From Oopsacas minuta (Eukaryota > Animalia > Porifera): a DNA stretch of 64,000 nucleotides. Positions 21,902 to 33,683 of the stretch are shown here, piece by piece. The notes under the pieces were generated by a model. The model was not told the DNA's origin. It ran no database searches and saw nothing but the letters and a program-made list of their open reading frames with translations. Made by a program: the position numbers and the translations under genes. The stretch covers positions 892,847 through 956,846 of the forward strand of contig JAKMXF010000033.1 in NCBI GenBank assembly GCA_024704765.1. Direction: 5' to 3'. Each line of letters begins with the position of its first letter. Positions within the stretch are counted from its first letter, which is position 1.

Positions 21902-22618
21902 CTAAACAGGTACAATGCTAGTCTTTCCTTCCTCTGTGAATAGTTGTAAAAGTGATCCGTTCCCTGGCTTCTCAGCTCCATCCAATATCTTCTCCAAATA
22001 CTCAGCTATGAATAACAGAGGTGTCCATGTTGAAGTATCCGCACCAGACATAGCTTTACGGTTACCAGGAGTATCAAGCGTAACAGGTAGGATAGCAAAT
22101 ACCAGAGCTTTATCAGGCAGTCCTGTGTCTCCGCTAGAGAGACTGGCAACTAGCTGATGCACTGCAGCTTTAGCCAGACCGTATCCCATCATAAACGCAG
22201 TACCTTTGGTTGCAGGTTGTGCACCTGTTAGCTGCACTACTCCTCCCACTTTCAGGAACTTAGAAGCTATTCTAGCAGCTATCACACTAGACCACACGCT
22301 CTGCTTCACCATTAGATCCGCATTCTTCACCATATCGTGTGATGCAGCATTTCCTCCTGCCCAACCACCTGCTACACAGAATATTGCCTCTAACTTAGAG
22401 TCTCCGCATGCATCAGCAACTCCTTTCAAAGCTTCAGTCTCTTGCTCTACCCAGCTATCTGTTTGTTTCAAAGTTATGTTCTTATCTGCTTCTGTATTCT
22501 CAAACAAGTCAACTGATATCACAGAGAATTGTTTAGATTTGAAGTAGGTAACAAGACAAGAGCCTAGTGCTCCTTTACCACCATATATCAAGATGAGTTT
22601 GTTATCAGCTGTAGCCAT
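21902..22618 (-). CDS. QDPR: Dihydropteridine reductase
   Basis: LIYGGKGALGS, CVAGGWAGG, M.KQSVWSS, LTGA..A..GT..M.GYG.AKAAVHQL, LPVTLDTP.NRK.M..AD.S.WTPL; likely ATG at 22618. Confidence 0.95.
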   Translation of the reverse strand: MATADNKLILIYGGKGALGSCLVTYFKSKQFSVISVDLFENTEADKNITLKQTDSWVEQETEALKGVADACGDSKLEAIFCVAGGWAGGNAASHDMVKNADLMVKQSVWSSVIAARIASKFLKVGGVVQLTGAQPATKGTAFMMGYGLAKAAVHQLVASLSSGDTGLPDKALVFAILPVTLDTPGNRKAMSGADTSTWTPLLFIAEYLEKILDGAEKPGNGSLLQLFTEEGKTSIVPV

Positions 22619-23162
22619 ACTTAAGTAATACAATACAGTCAAATAGTATATCACGCCACCAAAGGCACTGACCAAAAGTGGCTGTTATGTACAGGTGGTC
22701 ACTATAAAGAGGTCGATTTCTATTGAAATAATCCCACGGGACTTTAGTTGGCGGTAATGTGCAGGCATAGCTTATTACAGGTGACCGTTATACATGTCCA
22801 TTGTAATAATAATAAATAAAAATTATAACTTTACAAGAATTGAGATCCAAAGCAGTTCAAGATTTTCCAAAATGTAAAGAATTCTTAAGACCGTTAATTT
22901 CGTGTATATACGTACGTTGGACAACGAACTGTTCCAATTAGTGAGGGTCTAATGTAGTGTTCCCAACCTTTTTGTTCCATGGCCCCCTATTCTATATTTT
23001 CTCTGGACCCATAGGGGGGCCGTGGATCCCAGCCTGGAACACTAGAATATATATAATATAGATAGCAATGTATATGCACGGATATATAAAAGGTCAGTAC
23101 AATAATTAAAAGAAGTGATATAATACTTGTTATATATATCAATGTACATACGTAAATAAATA

Positions 23163-23669
23163 TCAAAAGTCTACTTCATCTCCAGAATCCCAACCACTTT
23201 CCAATTTAACTCCCTTCTCAAAATCCATATCTATGTCATATTCGTAATCTTTATCGTTCTGACTTATCTTATTTTTCTCAAACAATATGTTCATCTTTTC
23301 TTTTTGTCTCTTCAAATCTAAATCATCAAGTAAATTTAAATCAAAATCAGGTGTATCTTCTACAATATATGTAGGAGTAGGAGTAGATGTTCTAGGAACT
23401 TCTGGTAGTCTTCTAGGTTTGTCATCTGCTAGTTCTCGTATAACCTTACCCACCAATCTTTGTATCTGAATACGAGATATTCTACTCAAGTAAATAGAAT
23501 GTCTAGGATTGTCGTAAAGATTCTCAACTACTTCTTCTGCATCAGAGCTGTAAGTGAGTTTTTTAAGAGGGATAGATCTCCTCTTTATCTTCTCCATTTT
23601 GTGGTCTTCATATATAAGCACCAGTGTAGGAGGGGTGTACTTTATTCCACATTTCTTTGGTGAGTACAT
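23163..23669 (-). CDS. CEP19: Centrosomal protein of 19 kDa
   Basis: KKCGI.Y.PP.LVLIYE, L..NPRH..YL, DLN.LDD..L...K..M..LFEKN, YDI..DF, SGWD. Confidence 0.88.
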   Translation of the reverse strand: MYSPKKCGIKYTPPTLVLIYEDHKMEKIKRRSIPLKKLTYSSDAEEVVENLYDNPRHSIYLSRISRIQIQRLVGKVIRELADDKPRRLPEVPRTSTPTPTYIVEDTPDFDLNLLDDLDLKRQKEKMNILFEKNKISQNDKDYEYDIDMDFEKGVKLESGWDSGDEVDF

Positions 23670-24054
23670 TCCTCAATTGAATATTTAGTGAGAGGAAATA
23701 CTAGTTTTACTGGTACCAGGAAAATCAATTATTAACGCCATCAAATAGCGTATATTTTGATCAATTGGACCGTTTGTGGTACACTGTACTAAGATTCAGA
23801 GGTAGACCAATAAATTTCAGGACAATTTCGGTGTCTAAATATAGAGTGAAGTAAACAGCAAATATAGCGCAATAGTAATTATAGTAGTCCGTATAAAAAT
23901 GAGATATAGAGATCGTAAATATAAATAATGTGAGGCAATGATTCATTTGTAAAATGCTAACGACAACCAATATCTGCATCTATGTCAGCATGCATCTATA
24001 CAGAATATGATATATAATTAAGTAAAACTTAAGAAATAGACTAATTTATGGAAG

Positions 24055-25044
24055 TTAAACATGTCCTACTTCCTTAAACGATTTAATTCTCTTGTTAGAC
24101 ATCTTCCTTATTAAAGGGTCCATTAATGCGAGTATGAATCCACTCCCGTAGTGGTAGAAATAAGTGAGACATAGAATTGGTTGATTGCTCATCCACACTT
24201 CATGCATATTGTTACCCATCGCAGTAACTGTAATGCTAGCACAATCTTTACTACTCATCCTATTCTGTGCGAGACTGCCTGTAGGAGAAACTCTTTTATC
24301 CATGGTACTCTTATCCCTGAATACTTCTTTAGGTGCATCCGTTTGAATCTGTCCAGGATGAATAATCGTAACTTTAATGTTGTGAGCTGTTGCCTCGTAT
24401 CTGAGAGTAGTAAAGTAACTCTGGAGTGCAGCTTTAGAAGCTCCGTATGCCGCCATTATAGTAGCCGGTATTCTTGCGGAGAGAGAACCTATTACACAAA
24501 TATGTCCTCTGTTATTCTTAATGAAGTGAGGGAGGATAGCTCGAGTTAAGCTCATAGGAGCAATCGTATTTAGCTGAAATAGCTGCTCAACAACTTCAAT
24601 GTCCATTTCTGAGATCAGACTTCTCTGAGACCTTCCAGCACACAGAACCACTCCATCAATCCGATCAACTTGTTCCAGCAGCCGTCTAACTACTTCAGTG
24701 TGTTCTGATAGGTCACTCATGTCAAATGGTACTATTACTGGTTTGTTAGGTACATTGCTTACTGTTTTATAATTTTCACAAGCTTTAGCTACATTGACCA
24801 GTTTATCATAGGTTCTAGCTGATAATATCAATTCACACTTAGCTGCAGCTAATTGATATACTATATCCTCTCCTATCCCTTGAGAACAACCTATTACCCA
24901 TATTCTCTGGCCAGCTAAGTTGCCTGATCCTCTCCCTACAAGAGAGTACAACCAGGAGTACAGGTCTTGTCTCCAACTTGAGAAACCGATAATCGCAAGG
25001 AAGGATACCACGGGAACAATTATGTAAATGAAAATGTATAACAT
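24055..25044 (-). CDS. DHRS7: Membrane-anchored short-chain dehydrogenase, DHRS7-like
   Basis: N-terminal hydrophobic anchor, WVIGCSQGIG, AGRSQRS, YGASK catalytic motif. Confidence 0.75.
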   Translation of the reverse strand: MLYIFIYIIVPVVSFLAIIGFSSWRQDLYSWLYSLVGRGSGNLAGQRIWVIGCSQGIGEDIVYQLAAAKCELILSARTYDKLVNVAKACENYKTVSNVPNKPVIVPFDMSDLSEHTEVVRRLLEQVDRIDGVVLCAGRSQRSLISEMDIEVVEQLFQLNTIAPMSLTRAILPHFIKNNRGHICVIGSLSARIPATIMAAYGASKAALQSYFTTLRYEATAHNIKVTIIHPGQIQTDAPKEVFRDKSTMDKRVSPTGSLAQNRMSSKDCASITVTAMGNNMHEVWMSNQPILCLTYFYHYGSGFILALMDPLIRKMSNKRIKSFKEVGHV

Positions 25045-25089
25045 TACTTTCTAGTGTTGAATTAGGATAATAGATTTGTAAAAAATGTC

Positions 25090-25470
25090 AACCGGCAGTG
25101 TAATAATTACAATGAATGCCGGTTATAAGAATATCGTCGGGAACTGGAGATAATGTTCTTATAACCGGTTTGTGGTATATTGTAGATGCCGATTATGAGA
25201 CCCTTCATTTAAACACAGTTGGATGAAGAAACCATATTAAAGAAAGTATTCTCATATCTACCATAAATGATGTCTATTCTACAAACATACTGGTAATGAG
25301 AATCAATTTTAGTACATCATTAAGAGTGTTCTTATAACTGGCATAATGTATATAGAGGTATATAGTAACCGTTATCTAGTATGATGTTCTTATAACCGGT
25401 AAAAATTCCATGGAGTAGAATACAAGTGAATCCGTAAGTCAAATTGTGGTTCTATATCCGGTATCTACTG
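25090..25470. mobile_element. pogo-type MITE with repeated TTCTTATAACCGG motifs
   Basis: Ends CCGGTATCTACTG|TA; at least four internal TTCTTATAAC(C/T)GG copies in both orientations; left end not located. Confidence 0.5.
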
Positions 25471-26026
25471 TATTATTAGTACAGGCAACTCCGCTTAATT
25501 CGGACAAATCTCCATTCAATTTAACTTAATGCTATATACTTTCTTTTGCGGTTACCTATATCTGATAGAATAATATAAATGAATACAATATTTTTGAAAA
25601 TACTCTCCATTACAATCTATGCACTTTCTCATTCGTGTAAACCACTTTTCCACTCTTGTTGGATATCGCTTTGCGAAAAGTTCCCCTTCAGCTCCTCATT
25701 AGTTAAAATCTCCTTCCACGTAATTGATCTTCGATCGTAGGTAACTACCTAATCGATCGTACACAGGAAAATCGGAGCATGTGGTGGGAATGGGACATTA
25801 CTTCCGCAAATAAAATATAGGTGTCGCACTTGCGCCACCTGTTTACGCCACTGGCGTAATATATGAGTTACGACACATAAGTATAAGAGTGATAAAAAAA
25901 CGGATTAGCATAAATTCGTGTACAGATAAATCTCTCTTAGCTGAACGAAAATCATATACAACATCTAAAATTTACAATTAGCAAAATACATACAAATAAA
26001 AATGATTGATAGAAATAGAAATGACT

Positions 26027-27268
26027 TCATTGGCCTGTAGTCTTCTCCTCACAAGCATAATCTATACTATCTCCATTATAAGTATAACCAAACAGTAAGT
26101 AATCGTCATAGAAGATTTTGTACAATTTCTTACGGAGGATCTGTGGAATATCGCGGAAATTATCATTACATTTCTCGCGTGTGGCTCTTCTAGGATAGTC
26201 TTGGAAATAAATAGGTTCATTTGATTGTTTGTTTTTCTGGAGATAATCAACCAAGAGTTGTGACTCTTCAATAACCAAATCATGATCTATAATGATGTCA
26301 AAATCTACAGCACAAGGATTACATATTGGAGTGGCTGGCCTCCAATGATGATCCAATGCATCCAAGTTACCCCTGTCAAGAAAGCTAGTCACATATATGA
26401 TTAACTCTAAAAAGGTAATGTGATAATGACCTGGAGGTAATTTGATTCTCTTTGCCTGTTTAGCAATTTCTTCTTTTGTGTTCTTGAACTTTTCTGTATA
26501 TTTGAAATATTGGGAATTATTACCATTCAAATAGATTAAAGAAATAATTTGCTTTGCGTGTATAGCCGCGAATTCATCATTACTTGGAATCCTAAATTTG
26601 CTATAATAGGCTGAGACAAGCCGTTCAAATGGATGTCTATAAATAAAGAACTTAGTGTATGTCTGCATGCGACGTGCTGTATCTAAGGTCTGATCTAAAT
26701 ACGTAGCTAAACACAATCTTTCCTTTACTTGATCGGGAAATGGTGGCTTTTCACCTATCATCAATCCAAATTTTTTTGTCCATGTAAAGGATGATGCTTT
26801 TGGTACCAAACAATTCACAACTTCATAATCGTCATTGAATCTAAACCGATATGTATCTTCCCCGAGAATGACAGTATAATTAGTTTCAGCAGATAATTTT
26901 TTACAGTTTTCTTTAATAGAATATTTACGATCCAAAAACTTAGGATACACTTGTGTCAAAGGGTGTGCACCTTTACCCTTCATAGTCTTAACGTATTGAT
27001 CTGTAAGGAATATTTGTCTGCGGTTGACATCAGGTTGTATCAATATTTCGTTATTCCAAGATTTTGTGTAATCTATCCAAGATGATGAACTGATGGAAGA
27101 AACGGCATAAGCTCCTTCTTCTTTGACTGATGAAGGAATTGAAATATCGATATTTATGGGATTAGAGAGGGAGCGTATAGATGCATATTTATTAATTAAT
27201 AAACAGAGGATTAGGAGAGATACGAGTGTCATCACAATATTTCTCCGTTTAGCGCGTCTTATGAACAT
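26027..27268 (-). CDS. Type II Golgi carbohydrate sulfotransferase (CHST8-14/HNK-1ST family)
   Basis: TM after MFIRRAKRR (likely ATG 27268); CLVPKASSFTW (5'-PAPS site), RHPFERLVSAY (3'-PAPS site), HWRP...CNPC, D..LFGY. Confidence 0.88.
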   Translation of the reverse strand: MFIRRAKRRNIVMTLVSLLILCLLINKYASIRSLSNPINIDISIPSSVKEEGAYAVSSISSSSWIDYTKSWNNEILIQPDVNRRQIFLTDQYVKTMKGKGAHPLTQVYPKFLDRKYSIKENCKKLSAETNYTVILGEDTYRFRFNDDYEVVNCLVPKASSFTWTKKFGLMIGEKPPFPDQVKERLCLATYLDQTLDTARRMQTYTKFFIYRHPFERLVSAYYSKFRIPSNDEFAAIHAKQIISLIYLNGNNSQYFKYTEKFKNTKEEIAKQAKRIKLPPGHYHITFLELIIYVTSFLDRGNLDALDHHWRPATPICNPCAVDFDIIIDHDLVIEESQLLVDYLQKNKQSNEPIYFQDYPRRATREKCNDNFRDIPQILRKKLYKIFYDDYLLFGYTYNGDSIDYACEEKTTGQ

Positions 27269-27432
27269 CTGTGTTTCTAGTTTATAAAGTAGAATTGTAA
27301 CACAATAGAACCTAGTTAATGATTGTAATAAACTACTACTTGGATGCATTAAATTCGTTATTTGATACGCAAATCAGAATGAAATAAGATAAGTAGTTTT
27401 CTAACCACCAACCTAAGAATAATGTCAATAAG

Positions 27433-27612
27433 CCCAGATTATGCCCGGGTATATTCTGGGCTAGAATATACCTGAGTACGAAGCTGGCTAACCCAGATTA
27501 TATCCCATTGGGTAAAATCTGTCCTAGCCCAGAATATACCCGTGTATATTCTGGCCCAGTTTAGATTTTAACCGGGTATATTCTTGTGAGGGTATAATCT
27601 GGTCTGTTACAC
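27433..27612. repeat. Palindrome-rich MITE-like repeat
   Basis: Perfect 18-bp inverted pair GGGTATATTCTGGGCTAG at 27447-27464 and 27524-27541; several CCAGATTAT / GGGTATATTC units. Confidence 0.55.
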
Positions 27613-27654
27613 CAGCAATTACTGTGTCGCAATGGTGCACTAAATAGTGATAAT

Positions 27655-27967
27655 CAGGGGTGTAATATAGGAGGAACGGGGGGAGAGGCGCTCCCTCACT
27701 TTAACTTGATTATTGTTATTTTATTATAACAAAGGTAGATTAAGTTTTCCGGAGTTACCCTTCTTTCGTACTCTAGTCAACTCGCTTAATGGGGTAACAT
27801 CTGCGCCCGAAGAAGGACAACATTATTTGGAAGTATTTTTAGTTTATATTACTCGTAATGTAGATTACATGTTTCGTTGATAGGAAAAAAGCTTTGTTTT
27901 GCCAATTTTTGCGTAATATATTCTTTTATAAGCGCTCCCCAAATAGAAATTTGAGCACTACACCCTG
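27655..27967. mobile_element. hAT-type MITE
   Basis: CAGGGGTGTA...TACACCCTG ends; degenerate 8-bp TSD GTGATAAT/GTGAACAT. Confidence 0.6.
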
Positions 27968-29100
27968 GTGAACATGTCAGCATAGTTGTCAGTCTCACGG
28001 ATCCAAAGTTTGATTCCTGTATTTGAACACTTAGTACATAGGTTTATTATTAACTTCTCATTGGATTCATAACGAAATAAACACTACTGCGACATAATGT
28101 AGGTAGATATCCTATTAGCCACATGCCCACATCCATTTCATTAAAATTAGCTACTAAATTCAACTGATCAGGACGAAATCTCACGGTTAGATTTTTACAA
28201 TAGTTAACAACTATATACCAGCTAACCATCCATGTATCCTTTCTAGCATAACTACTGTTTCCCACATTCATAATCCTAAATTAGTCATCATTTAGTGCAA
28301 ATTATGCACAGAATTACTCCTGAGCCAAGGCATATACTATAATACAGATAGGAAAGTAGCAGAGCAACGAATTAAAAAAAGAGGCAATAAATCTCATAGA
28401 AGTTAAATCAACCCTCAAAGTTTGTGACTTATTTAGTGTGAATTAGTTAAAACTAGCTAAAATGTTCAAATGGCCATCGTTCATCCTCGTTTAGGCGCAT
28501 TCAAATCATGACTTCAAATTTCACATAAATTCTCATCGAAAATTGAATTTTCATTCATAAATAACACTGTTAAACGCTGATTTTTCTTCTGTGTTGAATA
28601 GAGTTAATGTTATGTTATCAACTATACTGGGGGCATTGATCCCCTGCCCCCATAGTACGCCCCTGTTAGAAACCCCTATATTCAGTGGCGTAGACAGGGT
28701 GGCGCAAGTACAGTGGCGCCACCTGTTTAAACGTTGCGCTGGGTAATGTCATACCACCTGCCCAACCCCTGAGCCAGTAGTCTGCCAAGGCTGGCTATGC
28801 AACTGCCTATATTATATTTTCTTGAATAGACGTCCATATTGATAGTCAACCACACATTCTGTGGCCACCTTCCATTTTACAAGAGACAGCGATCCAAATT
28901 TAATGTTTTATATATCAGTGGATAAATATAGAATATATTGGGCCTCTTGTCCACCTAAAATTCTCATTCATATCCGTGCATTAGTAGGTATACCTCTAGG
29001 TGCTATGCTCCAAGTACGGACATATTATATTGCAAGCAGCCTATATTAAAGATTTTCAATTACGTACGACGAAGAGATTTAGCCCTAGGGCTCGTTCTTA

Positions 29101-29667
29101 TCTATATTATTAAATCTCAACTGTTATCTGTTTGTTTGTTGGTTTGTCCGTTGTCAAGGATAGGATTTATAGTATGCTATTTTGAAATTGTGGCATAACT
29201 ATGTATTTATTGTGTTTATCAAGGAATTAAATAGAATTCAATAAAACTTCACTATCTATATATATCGAACATGCTGAATCCGATTTTCACACTTTTTGGA
29301 TTAATCATATACAAATATATTGTTGGTTTTATGAATATAAAGTAAACAAATTACTAAAATCACATAATATACGTACAGGCTTGCTCTAAACGGCTATCCA
29401 GGGGTAAGTAAGTACGCTGAATACGAATTTCACAGTTTCAAGTTTCTCATATGTAAATTTATTGTTGTTTTTACGAATATAAAGTAAACAAATTTCAAAA
29501 TTGAGGTAGAATCATACTTTCAACGACTGTACTGGAGTAATAGTGTAGGCTTAATCTGAATATTGTAAACAACATCAATATTATTAAATCTCTATTGTTG
29601 TTTGTCTGTTGAATACCCCGAGGCGGATTGTGCCGAGTTCATCGCGAAGCAACGAGCCAAAGACTCG
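29101..29667 (+). mobile_element. Non-autonomous Helitron-like element
   Basis: A|TCTATATTATTAAATCTC...(TGTT)n...GCCGAGTTCATCGCGAAGC...CTCG|T; similar to 7095..7550. Confidence 0.65.
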
Positions 29668-29700
29668 TATATATGTAAATCCAAATTGTAGAACATAATC

Positions 29701-30411
29701 TCATGTGGATATAAAGATGTCTAAAATTTTGGGTGAAATATAAACTATAGCTAAAATCAAAATAACAACAATGAATATGAACATATTTCTAGATACACCC
29801 TTCACTCTTGACAGAGTCAACAACTTCTTATGAATTTCAACAGTTTGTTCAATAGTCTGTTCTCTGCTCTTGGAGTTGTTGATAACAAAGTCTGCCATCT
29901 TACACTTCACTTTCAGTGGCATCTGTGATCCAATTCTCTCATTAGCCTCTTGCTCACTAAGCTGGTTTCTTTCCATCAATCTAGTTCTCTGAGTATCTTC
30001 ATCACAATACACAACTACACATGCATTCATATAAGAGTATAGCTTACCACTTTCAAACAGGAGAGGAGAATCTAAAATTACATATTTCTTTCCTTTTAAG
30101 AAAGCAAGAAATGTCTGCCATAACATTGTCCTCTGTATATAAGGATGTGTAATATTGTTTAGTTTCAAGCGAGAGATAGGATCATTGAATATAATATCTC
30201 CCATAGCTTTCCTATCCAGGTGTCCATCTGAACACAGAACTACTGTACCGAATTGAGATACTATCTTTTTCAGAGCAGGCTTCCCAGGTTCCACGACCTC
30301 TCGTGCTATAAGATCTGCGTCTACGATAGTAACCTCTCCAAATCTAGCTAGACTGCTGCTAACAGTACTCTTTCCGGTAGCTATCCCTCCTGTCAGGCCG
30401 ACAATAATCAT
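29701..30411 (-). CDS. DCAKD: Dephospho-CoA kinase domain-containing protein
   Basis: IVGLTGGIATGKST P-loop, DADLIAR.VV.PG, LDR..MG.IIF, LN.ITHP.I, D.PLLFE, R...QMPL..K; C-terminal TM. Confidence 0.92.
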   Translation of the reverse strand: MIIVGLTGGIATGKSTVSSSLARFGEVTIVDADLIAREVVEPGKPALKKIVSQFGTVVLCSDGHLDRKAMGDIIFNDPISRLKLNNITHPYIQRTMLWQTFLAFLKGKKYVILDSPLLFESGKLYSYMNACVVVYCDEDTQRTRLMERNQLSEQEANERIGSQMPLKVKCKMADFVINNSKSREQTIEQTVEIHKKLLTLSRVKGVSRNMFIFIVVILILAIVYISPKILDIFIST

Positions 30412-30433
30412 TTCAAATTTTCTATAAAGAGGG

Positions 30434-30435
<2 letters not shown>

Positions 30436-30470
<35 letters not shown>
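30436..30470. repeat. (AT)n microsatellite
   Basis: Pure AT run ~25 bp upstream of the DCAKD ATG. Confidence 0.95.
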
Positions 30471-30471
<1 letters not shown>

Positions 30472-30594
30472 GTATAGAAATTGACAGGGAAAATATTGAT
30501 TCTTGCTTGAATGATGATAGATTAATTAATGGTATAGTATGGTTTAATAACGCTATACCGCGCCAGAATTGGCAAAAGTTTTTTGCTGGATCTG

Positions 30595-30708
30595 CAGGGT
30601 TGTCGTGGGAAAGGAATTTCAATTCCCATTCGTATTCCCATCCCATTCCCACAGGATTTCTGTGGGAATCCTATGGGAAATCCCATGGGAATTCTCACGG
30701 CAACCCTG
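30595..30708. mobile_element. Small hAT-like MITE
   Basis: CAGGGTTGTCGTGGGAA / TTCTCACGGCAACCCTG inverted ends; internal TGGGAA/TTCCCA motifs; no clear TSD. Confidence 0.55.
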
Positions 30709-30830
30709 TCAGGATTTGATCCGTTTGTGTGAAATGTTTCAAAAGTTGATTATTATTATTATTATATAAATTTTAGGATTGTGAAAAAACCTTGCAAGAA
30801 AATTCTTAATATCCTCCATTTACCTATCAT

Positions 30831-30930
30831 CATCAATATTCATCAATATTCATCAATATTCATCAATATTCATCAATATTCATCAATATTCATCAATATT
30901 CATCAATATTCATCAATATTCATCAATATT
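30831..30930. repeat. Perfect 10 x 10-bp tandem repeat (CATCAATATT)
   Basis: Ten identical units read directly. Confidence 0.97.
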
Positions 30931-31214
30931 CATCACCTATTTCAATATATAATCACCCATATTTCTAACAGTTTTAAAAATACTGGCAATTTTCTAAGTG
31001 AAAATTTGCCCAAAATATTTGTGTGAAAATTTTCAAAATCGATATTGTGTCATATTTTGAAAATTGTAAGTGATATATAGAAGAAGGGTATGTTCTTATT
31101 GTTAATGTTTTCTTTGGGGAAAATTTGAGAAAAAAATTTTGTTACGTAATTTAGAATCAAACGCTAATAGGAACACACCTTAGAAACCTCTAAGGTGGAT
31201 TTATAAATGAAGTA

Positions 31215-31506
31215 CAGTAGAACCTCCGAGATCCGGACAGTGTGGGACCGGAGGGTGCCCGGATCTCGGAAATATCATTAACTCCATGGTAGTTACAACC
31301 TATAATGTACATATGAGTTCCCTTAGGTATTCGAATTCTGTTATTAAGTTTACATACTGTACACAAACGTAATCCAATATGAAATATAGTAACTGAAGTC
31401 AACGTTAGTATGAGGAGAATTATATGAAATTGTGAAATTCTTTTGGACAGATATAAAATAAGGGTGCCCGGTTGGGGGAGGTGCCCGTATCTTGGAGGTT
31501 CGACTG
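31215..31506. mobile_element. pogo/Tigger-type MITE
   Basis: TA|CAGTAGAACCTCCGAGATCCGG ... CCGTATCTTGGAGGTTCGACTG|TA. Confidence 0.8.
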
Positions 31507-32134
31507 TATATATCTCGAAAATAAATTTTCATATCAATTTGCTCTTAAGTAATACAGTATAACTCGGAAAAGACGTACACTCAGTAAGAAGTACAATTTC
31601 TGATATCCAAAAAATTAATATCATTCATTATAATACAATACCTATTCGAATAATTTTAAGATTGCCTCATCATCAGAGATATCATATCAAAATGTTATAT
31701 CAGGGAATGGGAAATTGGGTGTATAGTACTGGATACTATACGTAATTAAGCTGATTTGGCCATAACATTAATGGTTGTCAAGCTATTGATGAATATTGGC
31801 AAAGATTTTATGTCCATGTTCACTACTATGACTCTGGAACGTGCGAATATCTCATGACAAATTTCGATATTTCGTTTGGAAACATTTTGAGATCCAATGG
31901 AGCATTTTGGGTAATAAAATTGTCTAGTAAGCAAACCTGGTGACGTAATTTCGTTCTGAAATTTTGTAGATATTGATTGTGTGTATAGTTAAATATTATT
32001 AATACATTTAGTCGGGCAATAGTGTACCATTTGAAACTAGTATTATAGGAAATAATAGGATTCCCTATATAAATTCATTGGTATGTATCGCTGTCCCTCG
32101 TCCCAAATTTCGATGGACTATCATTGCCTTAGTG

Positions 32135-32260
32135 CATTGGTTCTCAACCTGTTTTCTTCCGCGGACTTCTTTGGTCCATTTTATGGGGTCCGTGGACCCC
32201 CTGCCAATAAACATAACGAAAATATTTTTAGGGCCGCGGACCCCAGGTTGAGAACCACTG
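32135..32260. mobile_element. hAT (Buster-type) MITE, 126 bp
   Basis: CA(T/G)TGGTTCTCAACCTG TIRs; perfect 8-bp TSD CCTTAGTG with central TA. Confidence 0.9.
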
Positions 32261-33683
32261 CCTTAGTGTATAGAACAGGGCCGTAGCCAGAACGTAATGT
32301 CAGGGAGTGCTTGGGTATTTCAGGTGTTTATATCTATTTTTGCGGGCAAGACCACACAAAGTAACTTAGGGAGAAGGTAAAATTACAAAATTTATAAATA
32401 ATCAAGACACTCTGGCATTCCATATCTACGCTTAGTATTTGTGAACATTGAGACATTTCAAATGACTGACTAATCTATTTAAATCTCAATAAATCTAATA
32501 TATATACTATACGGAACCACAAACATGTGGTGATTATAGCCGTCATCAGATATAAAATGTAATAAACTGGAAGGATTTATTTTATGGTCATATAAAAACT
32601 ATAATGATAATTTCAATGGTCGCAGTAAAAGCATCATATAATTCAATGTATTTAGTAGTAAAAGGAATTACATAACTGTAATGTAGTTCCACTTATTAAA
32701 AATTTTTCTTAATTTAATATGTAAGAAATAATATCAAAGATAGTAAAGATCAATTTAGCTTATCAAAAAAGCTTTACGGGGATTTAATTCAATTACCGGT
32801 ATATTGTTTGAATTTTGTATTAGAAATTAGAATATATTCAATTGAATTTGAAATTTGAAATACCGCTCCCATACTTATAATTAGAGCAGGACATCCCTGC
32901 TTACTGCTATTCGGAACCATGGATTACTTGAAGTCCATTAAATTATAGTCAGTGGTATGGCATTATATAACGAAGGTAACGAATTAATCTTATGATAAAT
33001 CTATGAATTTGTAACTTCAGACTCTGAAAATCGGAATCTGCACACCCAATTACATGCTTTGAATTTACATAGAAAGGTGTGAAAATATGACTAATCACCA
33101 AAAAGGTGTGAAATATTCTCTTTAGAAAAAATTCATTAACCAATGTGCAAATATCCGACCCAGAATGTATATGTGTACCAATTTTCATGAGAATCGAACT
33201 GTTAGATGTCGCACGGGCACGGCGACCTACCTACGTACAAGGCACATCATCCATACCATTAGGGCATCTCCCTATAGGAGCTACATTAATAACTTTATAT
33301 ATATATATCATCAGCTAATACATAATATAAATAGAAGAAACCATTCCTCATATGGGTTAAAGACGCAAACATTTTTGGTTTAAAATTTAAATTAATCATA
33401 GCACGAGGATGCGGCATTGTCGCCATTATAATACAAATCTATGTAAATAACCAGAAAATATAATTTCTAAAGAAAAAGTAGAACCATTCCCATTCGTTTA
33501 GTCAGGTTACGCATAATACAATAGTAAACAGAAGTAAGAATAATCTGTCTTATTAAACAAACATAACAGCAAACAACGCAACTATGAGCAAGTTACTACA
33601 CATACAAATGCAGTCACAAGACGACTACCCTATAATATCGCTAATAATATATTGAAAAGAATGTGAGGAAGTTTCGTATTTGC

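Noticed and set aside
30831-30930. CRISPR-like array
   Set aside because: Contiguous 10-bp units with no spacers, in a eukaryotic context.
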